NCBI GenBank assembly: GCA_964487665.1
Contig: CAZARR010000003.1
Coordinates: 6,998 to 70,997 of the forward strand
Direction: 5' to 3'
Source of the DNA: an uncultured Pseudomonadales bacterium
GTDB taxonomy: Bacteria; Patescibacteriota; Microgenomatia; UBA1400; MFAQ01
Length of the DNA stretch: 64,000 nucleotides
Shown here: piece after piece, positions 39,186 through 48,946 of the stretch
How positions within the stretch are numbered: the stretch's first letter is position 1
Layout of the letters: each line of letters starts with the position of its first letter
Position numbers and translations under genes: made by a program
The notes under the pieces: model-generated
What the model saw: only the letters and a program-made list of their open reading frames with translations
Database searches by the model: none
Told to the model about the DNA's origin: nothing

Positions 39186-41321
39186 TCAGTTGCGGTAGCT
39201 GGCTAAAAATTCCTCAGCGTTTTTGATAAGGACATCGCGAGGCTTACTACCCTCGGGAGCAGATATTACTCCCGCCTGTTCTAATTGGTCAAGAATTCGT
39301 GCGGCACGGGCGTAACCAATAGAAAGACGGCGTTGTAAAAGGGAGGCGCTGGCTTTGCCGTACTCAACACAAACGCGAACGGATTGTTGAAATTGTTCGT
39401 CTACGTCTTCGATATTCGGATTACTAGAAATTGATTTTTTGCTTTGGTAGCTAGTAGTGACAGCATCCTGATATTGTGGTGCTACCCCTTTGGAGCGTAG
39501 ATAAGAAGTAAGACCAGTAATTTCGGCATCATCAACATAGGCACCTTGGATCCGATGAGGTTTGGCCTGATCCGGAGGAATATAGAGCATGTCACCTCGA
39601 CCAAGGAGTTTTTCAGCCCCAGGGGTGTCGATGATAACGCGAGAATCAACCATCGAAGTGACGTTGAAAGCGATACGGCAAGGAATATTGGCTTTGATTA
39701 AACCGGTAAGGATGTCGACCGAGGGCCTCTGGGTGGCTACTACCAAGTGGATGCCAACCGCACGAGCCATTTGTGCCAGACGAGTAACAGCTTCTTCGAC
39801 CTCGCTTACTGAATAAAGCATGATGTCGGCTAACTCGTCGATCAAAAAGATAATGTAGGGCATAGCCTGAAAACCAGACAGGCTGTTGTATCCTGCGATA
39901 TTGCGAACGCCGACCTCGGCAAATAATTTATAGCGATTTTCCATTTCGGCTAAAGCCCACTTAAGGGCTGAGATTACTTTGTCTGGTTCGACAATTACAG
40001 GGGTAAGCAAATGGGGGATGCCGTTGTACCCCGTTAGTTCAACCCGCTTGGGGTCGACCATGATAAATTTAACCTCGTCGGGAGACGCGCGAAAAAGAAT
40101 GGATGCGATGAAGGCATTAAGGCAAACCGACTTCCCCGATCCGGTTGACCCAGCAATTAAAACGTGGGGCATCTTTGATATTTCGGCTACTGCGGCATCA
40201 CCAGAGACGTCAATACCGAGAGCGACAGCTGTTTTAGAGGTGTTTTTTTGCATTATTGGCGAGGTTAGGATTTGCTTGAGAGAGACATATTCCAAAGAAC
40301 GGTTGGGGATTTCTATACCCACCAAAGAACGCCCGGCGATGGGTGCCTCGATACGAATTTGCCCTTGAGGAGCGGCTAGGGCCAAAGCGAGATCGGACTG
40401 GAGAGTGACAATTTTGCTAACCTTGGTACCTAGGGCAATTTCGAGAGCATATTGGGTAACAGCTGGTCCGCAATTTACCTCGATTACTTTGGCCTCGATA
40501 CCAAAGGAATCGAGAGTGCGCTCAATTACAGCGGCGTTGTGTTTGATGTCTCCTCGATCTGCCTTGCCACGTTTTTCGTCAGACAGGATACTTAGAGGGG
40601 GAAGTTCCCACACAGTAGAACTTCCTGTCGGCTGATTGCTAACAACCGTACCGACTGTGGGGGTTTCGGGTGGACGGTTTGCATTAACAACAAATGGGGT
40701 GGGTGGTTTTTTTTCTAATTTTTGAGAAGAGGTACTTTCGGTCTCTAATTCTTGGGGAATCCCTTTGACTTTTATTTCTTTGGAACCCAAGTGGCTAACT
40801 TGATCCAACCGGTTTCTGGTCACTTTGGTTTGGAGCAGTTGAGTAATCTTGTTGAAAATATTTCTAAAAAATATCGAAAGATCCTGGAGAGAGGTCTCAA
40901 AAAAAATAATAATACCGATAGCAAGTCCGGTTAAATAAAATAAATACGAACCGGCGGGATTGATAAGTGAAGCAATGGAAAGAAAAAGTTGGTGGCCAAT
41001 TTCACCCGCCTTGGTTAGGCCCAAGGAGGAAATTAACACAATTAGGTAGCCAAGAAATGTGCTGAAGCGTGCGAGGGCCCATTTAACACGGCTAAGTATC
41101 AGACCTGAAGAAATAAACAAAAAGGGTACTAGGATAAACGTCCAGCCTAGATAGCGACTACCCAAATTGAAAACTGTCTGCAGTATTACCCCCTGGCGCG
41201 AGAAAGAAACACTTACCAGACAACCCAGACTGACAATGAGGATTCCAATAATGGATAGTACGGTTTCCCTTTTAAGAGACACCGAAGTTTTCTTGTGACG
41301 TCTCTGCCTTCTTTTGGGCAT
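39186..41321 (-). CDS. ftsK: DNA translocase FtsK/SpoIIIE
   Basis: N-terminal TMs; motor domain GSTGSGKS Walker A; C-terminal gamma winged-helix domain. Confidence 0.9.
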   Translation of the reverse strand: MPKRRQRRHKKTSVSLKRETVLSIIGILIVSLGCLVSVSFSRQGVILQTVFNLGSRYLGWTFILVPFLFISSGLILSRVKWALARFSTFLGYLIVLISSLGLTKAGEIGHQLFLSIASLINPAGSYLFYLTGLAIGIIIFFETSLQDLSIFFRNIFNKITQLLQTKVTRNRLDQVSHLGSKEIKVKGIPQELETESTSSQKLEKKPPTPFVVNANRPPETPTVGTVVSNQPTGSSTVWELPPLSILSDEKRGKADRGDIKHNAAVIERTLDSFGIEAKVIEVNCGPAVTQYALEIALGTKVSKIVTLQSDLALALAAPQGQIRIEAPIAGRSLVGIEIPNRSLEYVSLKQILTSPIMQKNTSKTAVALGIDVSGDAAVAEISKMPHVLIAGSTGSGKSVCLNAFIASILFRASPDEVKFIMVDPKRVELTGYNGIPHLLTPVIVEPDKVISALKWALAEMENRYKLFAEVGVRNIAGYNSLSGFQAMPYIIFLIDELADIMLYSVSEVEEAVTRLAQMARAVGIHLVVATQRPSVDILTGLIKANIPCRIAFNVTSMVDSRVIIDTPGAEKLLGRGDMLYIPPDQAKPHRIQGAYVDDAEITGLTSYLRSKGVAPQYQDAVTTSYQSKKSISSNPNIEDVDEQFQQSVRVCVEYGKASASLLQRRLSIGYARAARILDQLEQAGVISAPEGSKPRDVLIKNAEEFLASYRN

Positions 41322-41341
41322 GCTATTAGTATAACCCTGAC

Positions 41342-42988
41342 TTAGACCTCAATAACCATGGCTATAATCAGTGGCCTTCTGTTAGTTGCATCATATAGAA
41401 ATTTTTCTAATACATTTTCGATCTTGTGACGTAAAAAATTCCAGTCAGTGACTTTTGTATGTTGTCCATGGAGACAGTCAACCACTTTGTCTTCTGCCGA
41501 TTTGATTAGATCCTGGGATTCTTTGACATAAACAAACCCTCTAGTGACAATTTCTGGGTGACCAGAGACCTGACCATTATCTTTGTTAACAGGAACGATC
41601 GCCAAAAGGATGCCATCTTCAGCCATAACTTGCCTGTCTCGTAACACTACGTTGCCCACATCTCCGATACCTAGGCCGTCAACATAAACATTTTTTGTAA
41701 TAATTTTGTCAACAACTTTTACTTCATGTCGGGAAATTCCCAATACTTGTCCATCATCCAGGATATGGACGCGATCTTTGTCATAACCCATTTCAGTCGC
41801 CAAATCCCGATAAAGGTGGAGGTGGCGAATGGCGCCGCCGATGGGGACTATATGGCGGGGCCGGACCAGACGAGCCAAGAGGGTTAGATCGCCGCGGTGG
41901 CCGTGACCAGAGACATGCAACCCTGGTGTTGAGCCGGAATAGGAAACCTGGATTTCCTGCCTGTAAAGAGTGTCAATAAGGCCAAAAACATCCGACTCAG
42001 TCCCTGGAATAGCATCGGCGCTAATAACCACGTGATCGCCGCTATGTAGTTGAACGAACTGGTGTTCACCAGCGGCAAGTCTTTGCATGGCGGAACCTTC
42101 TTGTCCTTGGGATCCAGCAACTATCAAGGTGATCTGGTTTGGCTTGTAGTGACGAACTTTTTTGGCATCGACTATCGACTCCGGGGGTAGATTGAGGAAA
42201 CCATGTTTGGCAGCGGCGAGACAATTGTTGGAGATGGAACGGCCAATAAGAGCGACTTTGCGGTTGTATTTGAGTGAAGCGTCGATTGCCATGCCTATAC
42301 GGGAAATCGATGATGAGATTGTGGTAAAAATGAATTTACCCTTGGTCATCTTGACTGCGTTGTCGACGGCAGCCAACAGTGTTCTTTCGGTGGGGGTAAA
42401 ACCAGGTGATTCGACTCGAAGAGAATCGGTAAGTAGTAAGTCAACACCTTCGTCTCCGGCTTTGGCCATACTAGAAAGATCTGAGGGGTTGTTGTCGATA
42501 GGAGTGAGATCGAACTTGAAGTCGGCTGCGTGATAGATGTTGGCAACTGGGGTTTTGATAAACAAATGTTTACAGTTGGGAATGGAGTGGGTGCTGTGTA
42601 TGAGTTTGATATCAAATGAACCAAGGTTTATGTGGTCTTCAACGGGAATTAGCTTGTTTGTGAGACCAAATTCACGTACTTTTTGCTCCGCAAGTGCAAT
42701 AGTCAGAGTCGAACCATAAATATCAACCTTGGGAAGTCGGGGCAAAATGTATGGTAGTCCGCCAATGTGGTCCATGTGACCATGGGTAAGGACAATCCCT
42801 AAAATATTTTTGTGTGTTTTCTCGAGGTAGGAGATGTCGGGGATGACTACATCGACCCCTAAGGCGGCATCGGATGGAAAGCCAATGCCACAGTCGACGA
42901 TTAGCTGTTCGTCGCCGTATTCGTAAACATACATATTTTTGGTAACATCACCAATGCCTCCCAGAGGGATAAGTTTTAGTTGTTTCAT
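41342..42988 (-). CDS. rnj: Ribonuclease J (metallo-beta-lactamase / beta-CASP)
   Basis: HGHMDHIGG motif; beta-CASP region; 548 aa. Confidence 0.85.
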   Translation of the reverse strand: MKQLKLIPLGGIGDVTKNMYVYEYGDEQLIVDCGIGFPSDAALGVDVVIPDISYLEKTHKNILGIVLTHGHMDHIGGLPYILPRLPKVDIYGSTLTIALAEQKVREFGLTNKLIPVEDHINLGSFDIKLIHSTHSIPNCKHLFIKTPVANIYHAADFKFDLTPIDNNPSDLSSMAKAGDEGVDLLLTDSLRVESPGFTPTERTLLAAVDNAVKMTKGKFIFTTISSSISRIGMAIDASLKYNRKVALIGRSISNNCLAAAKHGFLNLPPESIVDAKKVRHYKPNQITLIVAGSQGQEGSAMQRLAAGEHQFVQLHSGDHVVISADAIPGTESDVFGLIDTLYRQEIQVSYSGSTPGLHVSGHGHRGDLTLLARLVRPRHIVPIGGAIRHLHLYRDLATEMGYDKDRVHILDDGQVLGISRHEVKVVDKIITKNVYVDGLGIGDVGNVVLRDRQVMAEDGILLAIVPVNKDNGQVSGHPEIVTRGFVYVKESQDLIKSAEDKVVDCLHGQHTKVTDWNFLRHKIENVLEKFLYDATNRRPLIIAMVIEV

Positions 42989-42997
42989 ATTTTTTTA

Positions 42998-44065
42998 TTA
43001 AGTCATTAAATGTTCTTTTGGTAAATAAGTTTTGAGGTTATCGGCGACAATATTAACGGAGGCGGCTTGACCTGAAACGATAGTACTGGCAGCCTTTCTG
43101 GTAAGGCCTTCGATGGTGCGATTTAGGGTACGGAGTCCGGCATCAAAGCCGAATGGGCGGACGATTTGAGGCCAGAGGCTGTCGCTGATGGTTAGAGAAA
43201 GAGGGTTAAGGCCAGATTCCTTAATGGCCTTGGGGAGTAGATACTCCTTGGCAATGTGAATTTTCTCTTCATCGGTGTAGCTAGGCATGCGGAGTGGTTC
43301 CAGACGATCCATGACAGCAGTGGCAATATTTCCTGTATTATTGGCCGTGGCGATAAATAACGCTTCGGACAAGTCAAAAGGATAATCGACATAATGATCT
43401 AGGAACCGATTGTTTTGACTTGGATCCAAAACCTCTACGAGAACACCCATAATGTCGGCCTTGGCTTCGGAGGTGACCCTGTCTATTTCATCGAGAAGAA
43501 TAATGGGGTTTTTCACCCCTGAGTCGCGGAATGCGCGAATGATGAGGCCGGGCTCAGATTCTAGGTGTAGTCTAGATTGTCCACGTAAGTCCCGGGCGGA
43601 TCCCATGCCACCAAAAGGGATCCTGGTAATTGGACGTCCCAAAGCTTCGGATAGGGCATAGGCAAAAGTAGTTTTGCCGGTACCCACAAGGCCGACAAGC
43701 AAGACGGCTGGGGCTTTGGCAGTGCCCGATCCTTGTTGTAGGCGTAGTTTGTACACAGACATGTATTCGATAATGCGATCTTTTACTTCTTCCATGCCAT
43801 AGTGATGTTTGTCTAATGTTTGCCGGATAGACACTAGATCGATAGGTTTTTCAACGCGTTTGTCCCAAGGCAGGGAGGTGATCCAATCAATATAATGGCT
43901 GATTTTTTCGAATTCTTCGGAGTAAAACCCTTGATTGGCCATACGTTCAAGGCGGTCGATCGACGTGTTCGTTTTTTGAGCTAGATCGGTGGGTAAGGCA
44001 CACGAGGAAACCCGGTCGTGCAAGGCGACAAGATCCTTTTGGACTAAACTAAGAGACGTATCCAT
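42998..44065 (-). CDS. Lon-type AAA+ ATPase module without the N-terminal substrate domain and without the protease domain
   Basis: Lon pre-AAA helix (DKHHYGMEEVKDRIIEYMSVYKL), Walker A GLVGTGKTT, Walker B ILLDEIDRV, sensor and lid. The ORF ends at the AAA/protease boundary, 10 nt before rnj. Confidence 0.75.
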   Translation of the reverse strand: MDTSLSLVQKDLVALHDRVSSCALPTDLAQKTNTSIDRLERMANQGFYSEEFEKISHYIDWITSLPWDKRVEKPIDLVSIRQTLDKHHYGMEEVKDRIIEYMSVYKLRLQQGSGTAKAPAVLLVGLVGTGKTTFAYALSEALGRPITRIPFGGMGSARDLRGQSRLHLESEPGLIIRAFRDSGVKNPIILLDEIDRVTSEAKADIMGVLVEVLDPSQNNRFLDHYVDYPFDLSEALFIATANNTGNIATAVMDRLEPLRMPSYTDEEKIHIAKEYLLPKAIKESGLNPLSLTISDSLWPQIVRPFGFDAGLRTLNRTIEGLTRKAASTIVSGQAASVNIVADNLKTYLPKEHLMT

Positions 44066-44078
44066 TGATTAAAGTATA

Positions 44079-46262
44079 TCAGCGGTGGTCCCGGAATCGC
44101 TTGAAGACCTGAGGTTTACCCGGTGACGAGGGAGCGGGTCTATTGGATTGATAGGAAGATTGGTGTTGTGGTGAATCAGAGGAGGGTGTCCGGCCACCGG
44201 ACAACAGGCTGAGATTAAGCCGGCCACGATCGTCGATCTCATCAGCCCGCACTGTGACGGTATCGCCGACACTGACCACCTGGCTAGCGTCAGAAACATA
44301 TACCCCTTTACCCATGCGCGAAACGTGCACCAAACCAGACTTTCCTGGCAAAACATCAACAAAAGCGCCAAAACTTTCGACGCGAGTAACAGTGCCTTCG
44401 TATGTTTTTCCAATCTCTGCCTCAGTAACTAGACCTGAGATGTGGTTTTTGGCTTTTTCAACTTGATTGGGGTCGTTCCCAGTGATACTAACCTTCCCGC
44501 TATCGTCTATGTCGATTTCGACCGTATAGGTTTGTTGTAACAAGCGGATCATCCGACCGCCTGGCCCAATAATTTCACCAATTTTCTCGCTATCAATTTT
44601 CAGGGTGGCGATGTTGGGGGCATACTGACTGAGACTTGGGCGGGGCTTGTCGATAACAGCAAGCATTTTACTAAGGATAAAAAGACGACCTTGGCGGGCT
44701 TGCTCTAAGGCTTGTTCAAGTATTTTGGCGGTAACACCAGGAACTTTTATATCCATCTGCATAGCCGTAACACCATCAGCGGTTCCGGCGACTTTGAAGT
44801 CCATGTCTCCGTAGTGGTCTTCGGGGCCAGCTATGTCGCTGAGGGTAATGTATTTACCAGCTTCGCTAATAAGACCCATTGCAATACCAGCTACAGGTTT
44901 TTTAATAGGTACACCTGCATCCATGAGAGATAAGGTTGAACCACAGACAGAAGCTTGGGAGGTGCTACCATTGCCAGACATGATTTCAGAAACGATACGA
45001 ATGGTATAGGGGAAGATATCTTCGTCTGGAATGACCGGAAGTAGGGCTTTTTCTGCTAGGGCTCCGTGTCCAGTTTCGCGACGATTGGGCGTGCCAATAC
45101 GTCCTGGTTCACCGGTGGCATAACCCGGCATGTTGTAATGATGCATATAACGCTTGGTTTCTTCACCGTTCATACCCTCGATCAGTTGTTCTTGCGAAGG
45201 CGAACCAAGGGTGACAACCGACAAAGCGTGTGTCAGCCCCCGTTTAAATAATGCCGATCCGTGGGTTCGGGGCAAAAGACCAATAGCAATTTCAATGTCT
45301 CGAATTTCGTCGAATTTGCGACCATCTATTCTGATAGAACGTGTCAGTATACTGGAGCGGAAGTGTTCTCTAATTTTGTCGTCAATCAAACGCGCGATTT
45401 GATTTTTGTCAACATCGGGGTTATCGGCGAGAATAGCGGTGACGACGTGGTCATATTTGATTCCTTCTCCGCTGGCAGCCTTGGCATCGGAAAGCAACTT
45501 GGGGGCATCGAGATATTTATCAATCAGTTTTTTCTGTTCGGGTGTAACCTTGGCGGGATTGACGCTTTTTTTGGTCTTGGAAATTTCCTGAGAAAATTCA
45601 TCAATGGCATCGACAATTGTGTCAATGTGTTTTTGGGCAAATTGCATTGCAGATAGAATTTTGTCTTCGGTCACTTCTTTTGCACCAGCTTCCACCATGG
45701 CAATTGAACCCTTGGCTCCTGAAACAACCAAATGTAAGGAGGAGGCTTCGTCCTGCGAGAGGCCTGGATTGATGAGAAATTGATTATTTTGATCAAGACC
45801 AACCAAGGCAGCACCGACGGGACCGGACCATGGAATATCGGAGATGGTCAGAGCGGCAGAGGTGGCGATTAAACCTAGAATGGCGGGGTCTGTTTGCCCA
45901 TCAATAGACAGCGGAGTAACCACCACTTGAACAGTATCGAAATAGTTTTTTGGGAATAGCGGGCGGATTGAACGATCAATCAGGCGTGAGGTAAGGATCT
46001 CTCGGTCGGAAGGCCTACCTTCGCGCTTTATAAATCGCGATGAACTAATTACGCCTCCCGCATAATGACGTTCTCGATATTCCACTTGGAGAGGAAAGTA
46101 GTCTATTTCTTCGTCGGCTGGTCCGGAAACAACTGCGGCCAAAACGATTGTGTCACCACATCGGGCGGTGACGGCCCCATTGGCCTGTACAGCCAAAACA
46201 CCTGTTTCTAAAATAATATCTTGTCCACCATCTAATTGGATGGTGTGCGTGTGTACTGACAT
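44079..46262 (-). CDS. pnp: Polyribonucleotide nucleotidyltransferase (PNPase)
   Basis: Two RNase PH domains plus KH and S1 (GKTYEGTVTRVESFGAFVDVLPGKSGLVHVS); 727 aa. Confidence 0.95.
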   Translation of the reverse strand: MSVHTHTIQLDGGQDIILETGVLAVQANGAVTARCGDTIVLAAVVSGPADEEIDYFPLQVEYRERHYAGGVISSSRFIKREGRPSDREILTSRLIDRSIRPLFPKNYFDTVQVVVTPLSIDGQTDPAILGLIATSAALTISDIPWSGPVGAALVGLDQNNQFLINPGLSQDEASSLHLVVSGAKGSIAMVEAGAKEVTEDKILSAMQFAQKHIDTIVDAIDEFSQEISKTKKSVNPAKVTPEQKKLIDKYLDAPKLLSDAKAASGEGIKYDHVVTAILADNPDVDKNQIARLIDDKIREHFRSSILTRSIRIDGRKFDEIRDIEIAIGLLPRTHGSALFKRGLTHALSVVTLGSPSQEQLIEGMNGEETKRYMHHYNMPGYATGEPGRIGTPNRRETGHGALAEKALLPVIPDEDIFPYTIRIVSEIMSGNGSTSQASVCGSTLSLMDAGVPIKKPVAGIAMGLISEAGKYITLSDIAGPEDHYGDMDFKVAGTADGVTAMQMDIKVPGVTAKILEQALEQARQGRLFILSKMLAVIDKPRPSLSQYAPNIATLKIDSEKIGEIIGPGGRMIRLLQQTYTVEIDIDDSGKVSITGNDPNQVEKAKNHISGLVTEAEIGKTYEGTVTRVESFGAFVDVLPGKSGLVHVSRMGKGVYVSDASQVVSVGDTVTVRADEIDDRGRLNLSLLSGGRTPSSDSPQHQSSYQSNRPAPSSPGKPQVFKRFRDHR

Positions 46263-46274
46263 TTACTTACCTTT

Positions 46275-46324
46275 CTTGGGAAATGCACCGGGAGAAGAAA
46301 GTCGCAGGAGCCTGGATTCCCAAG
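46275..46324 (-). promoter_or_regulatory. Stem-loop in the pnp 5-prime leader / rpsO-pnp intergenic region
   Basis: Perfect 8-bp inverted repeat CTTGGGAA (46275-46282) / TTCCCAAG (46317-46324) with a 34-nt loop. It sits immediately 5-prime of an AAAGG Shine-Dalgarno-like element and the pnp ATG on the transcribed strand. Confidence 0.5.
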
Positions 46325-46363
46325 CACCTCTGCCTCGCTCCTCTCAATTGGTTACTTCCCAAT

Positions 46364-46633
46364 TTAACTATTAATATTGAGCTCACCGAGCAATTTTTGA
46401 TAGTCGGTGGCGTTGGTATTTGACAAATAACTAAGCAGACGACGGCGTTTGCTAATTATTTTCAACAGGCCTCGACGCGAATGATTGTCTTTGCGATGGG
46501 CTTGAAGATGCTTGGTCAGTTGCTCTATCTGTTGTGAAAGCAGAGCTACTTGGACCCTAGGGGAACCCGTGTCCTTTTGGGTAGCGGCAAATTTCTTGAT
46601 GATTTCTTGTTTTGAGGACGCTGTCAGAGCCAT
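46364..46633 (-). CDS. rpsO: 30S ribosomal protein S15
   Basis: DTGSPRVQVALLSQQIEQLTKHLQAHRKDNHSRRGLL. Start taken at MALTAS (46633), giving 89 aa. Confidence 0.85.
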   Translation of the reverse strand: MALTASSKQEIIKKFAATQKDTGSPRVQVALLSQQIEQLTKHLQAHRKDNHSRRGLLKIISKRRRLLSYLSNTNATDYQKLLGELNINS

Positions 46634-46643
46634 ACGGGCGATA

Positions 46644-47528
46644 TTATACATTACCGGGGATGGTAGGTTTTCCTGACCTGAAAACCTTTGGCTTTTGCCA
46701 ATCGTTGGGAATCTTGGAGCCTTTTGTTTTGTGATTAAGTGGTGGCAGGTCCATTAGGGACCCGGGGAAATTTAGCATGGGTGAGGTAGGGGTAGCAGGG
46801 AACTCGCGTCTGGCGCCATTGCGCATCAAATAGGCCGTGGCTTCGAAAGTATCGGCGGTTACTTTGAAAGAAGAAAAATTCTGGGTAATTTGGGTTAGAC
46901 AGTTGAACATGTTTGAAGAGGCTTGAGCTGTAGGGGGGATATTAAGGCTTTTCAAAATTATGGTAATAATTTCGCTTAGACAAGTGGCTTTTTCGGAATG
47001 TAGCGAGATCTTGGCAAAGCTACTTGGTGAACTTGTTTGGTTAAAACTGACAATCTTGGCAGCGTCGAAGAAATTCTTTTCTTCAGAATAAAGCCGTCCC
47101 AGCTCTTCAAGGGTTTTTATGCCCAGGACGAAAACCATATCGGCCTCGGCACCGGTATACTTGAAGGTTACCTTGTCGGAGGTGGGCGGAGTTTCGCCTG
47201 TACGAGGTTTGATGATTAACTTGGCTTTGCCGTCATCTGTTTTTTCATAGTCAATTTTCTCTAATTTGTCCTCAGGGTAATCAAATACGATAACAAGATT
47301 CTTGTTGCCAATTGATGTTTGAATTTTTTCTATACCAGCAAGACCATCTTTGACGTCACTGAGTCGGCTACAGCCGATTTGAGCTTGTTTTGTGTTTTGT
47401 AAGCTTTGATATAAGGCTAGACCAGCAGCGGTGGTATCCTGATCTGGTTCGGGGGGGAGGACAATAACGACTGATTTGGCTGCGTCCAGATCACTTTTAA
47501 GGGAATCGAGAAGGTTTTGGTCAAACAT
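46644..47528 (-). CDS. DHH-family (NrnA-like) protein with degenerate catalytic motifs
   Basis: The N-terminal VVIVLPPEPDQDTTAAGLALYQSL mimics DHH motifs I/II but lacks the canonical Asp/His residues. DHH motif III is replaced by DYP. Lies between infB and rpsO. Confidence 0.45.
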   Translation of the reverse strand: MFDQNLLDSLKSDLDAAKSVVIVLPPEPDQDTTAAGLALYQSLQNTKQAQIGCSRLSDVKDGLAGIEKIQTSIGNKNLVIVFDYPEDKLEKIDYEKTDDGKAKLIIKPRTGETPPTSDKVTFKYTGAEADMVFVLGIKTLEELGRLYSEEKNFFDAAKIVSFNQTSSPSSFAKISLHSEKATCLSEIITIILKSLNIPPTAQASSNMFNCLTQITQNFSSFKVTADTFEATAYLMRNGARREFPATPTSPMLNFPGSLMDLPPLNHKTKGSKIPNDWQKPKVFRSGKPTIPGNV

Positions 47529-47537
47529 AGTATTTTC

Positions 47538-48935
47538 TTATAGTTTGTTACTATAGGATTCTACTATATCCCCCTCTTTTAGGTCAAGAGGGGGAAGCAA
47601 AACCAAGCCGAACTCATTGCCTTTTTTGGCTTCTGTTATTTGGTTTTTTTGGGTGCGAAGGCTGGATATTTTGGCAGAGCCGATGGTATCACCTAGGCAC
47701 AGCTTGCCGCTAAGGACTTGGCAACCGTAAATAGTTTGCCCGGAAATGTGGAAAATTTTAAGAATTTTAGCAGTGCCCAAGGGAGGTTTGACTTCTTCTT
47801 TCTGGTGGAGTGCCAGCTGTTCTTTGAGATAGTCAAGAAGCTCATAAATGATCTGGAAGTTATTGAATGTTACTGACTCGATTTGTATAAGCTTTTTGAC
47901 ACTACTGGTGAGTTTGGCATTAAACCCAACAATCAGAGCTTTTTCCTGCTTGGCCATCTCGACATCATTCTCATTGACCAGACCAACGCTTGAACTGACT
48001 AGGTGAATGTTGGGCGGAAGAGAAGCTACAATGGCTTCGAGCGATCCCGCTAGGTCGGCCTTGATAATAATGGGAATTGGCGGATTTGACTCGTCCAAGA
48101 CGGATATGGGCGTAATTATAGATTGGGTTATGGTTTCTTCTTGACGAAGGGTGAATAGAACATCCCCAACGTTGGGGATGGTCTCGAAGCCGATAATGCG
48201 GACAGGGGTAGAGGCGGTAGCAAAGGTTAGTGGATGGTTGGTGAAATTGAACATTGCTCGGACACGCCCATAAAGACGGCTGCCGTTGAAAAGCGGATCT
48301 TTGAGACACAGTTTGCCTGATTTTACTAGCAGGAGAGCGGTGGGGCCGATCTGGGGGTGGATTTCAGATTCTAGAACCAGTGAGTTAGTCGGTTTGTTGG
48401 AGTTGTCTTTAAGTTCGAGTAAGTCGGCGAGTAGGATAATTGTTTCGAGTAAACTGGCAAGGTTTTGGCCAGTTTTGGCAGAGACTTCAACTACGGGGAC
48501 GTTGCCGCCAAAGCCCTCGAGATACTCCCCCATTTCGGCAAATTGGGTTTTAACTTTTTGTGGATTGGCACCATCTACATCAATTTTATTTATCGCCACG
48601 ATATAGGGTATCTCGGATTGCTTGATGTGTTCGAGAGATTCTTTGGTTTGGGGCATAACACCATCGTCGGCAGCAACAACTAAAACAGCAAGGTCAGCCA
48701 CCTTGCCACCACGGGCCCGCATGGCGGAAAAGGCAGCGTGACCTGGTGTGTCGATAAAGGTTAGGGAATGCTCTTGGTAATCAACCTGGTAAGCACTGAC
48801 CTTTTGGGTGATGCCTCCCGCTTCGGTGTCAACTACATGGGTCTTCCGAATCTGGTCCAACAGTGAGGTTTTTCCGTGATCAACGTGGCCCATGATGGTT
48901 ATGACCGGAGGACGATTGGGGTTTGAGGTGGCCAT
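47538..48935 (-). CDS. infB: Translation initiation factor IF-2, minimal form (G domain onward)
   Basis: [22 protein letters not shown]-motifs; 465 aa; downstream of nusA. Confidence 0.9.
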   Translation of the reverse strand: MATSNPNRPPVITIMGHVDHGKTSLLDQIRKTHVVDTEAGGITQKVSAYQVDYQEHSLTFIDTPGHAAFSAMRARGGKVADLAVLVVAADDGVMPQTKESLEHIKQSEIPYIVAINKIDVDGANPQKVKTQFAEMGEYLEGFGGNVPVVEVSAKTGQNLASLLETIILLADLLELKDNSNKPTNSLVLESEIHPQIGPTALLLVKSGKLCLKDPLFNGSRLYGRVRAMFNFTNHPLTFATASTPVRIIGFETIPNVGDVLFTLRQEETITQSIITPISVLDESNPPIPIIIKADLAGSLEAIVASLPPNIHLVSSSVGLVNENDVEMAKQEKALIVGFNAKLTSSVKKLIQIESVTFNNFQIIYELLDYLKEQLALHQKEEVKPPLGTAKILKIFHISGQTIYGCQVLSGKLCLGDTIGSAKISSLRTQKNQITEAKKGNEFGLVLLPPLDLKEGDIVESYSNKL

Positions 48936-48946
48936 AACTGAAGGTT

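Noticed and set aside
44069-44413. 114-aa minus-strand ORF overlapping the 3-prime end of pnp in another frame.
   Set aside because: Out-of-frame overlap with the conserved KH/S1 region of PNPase. Cys/Trp-rich nonsense composition.
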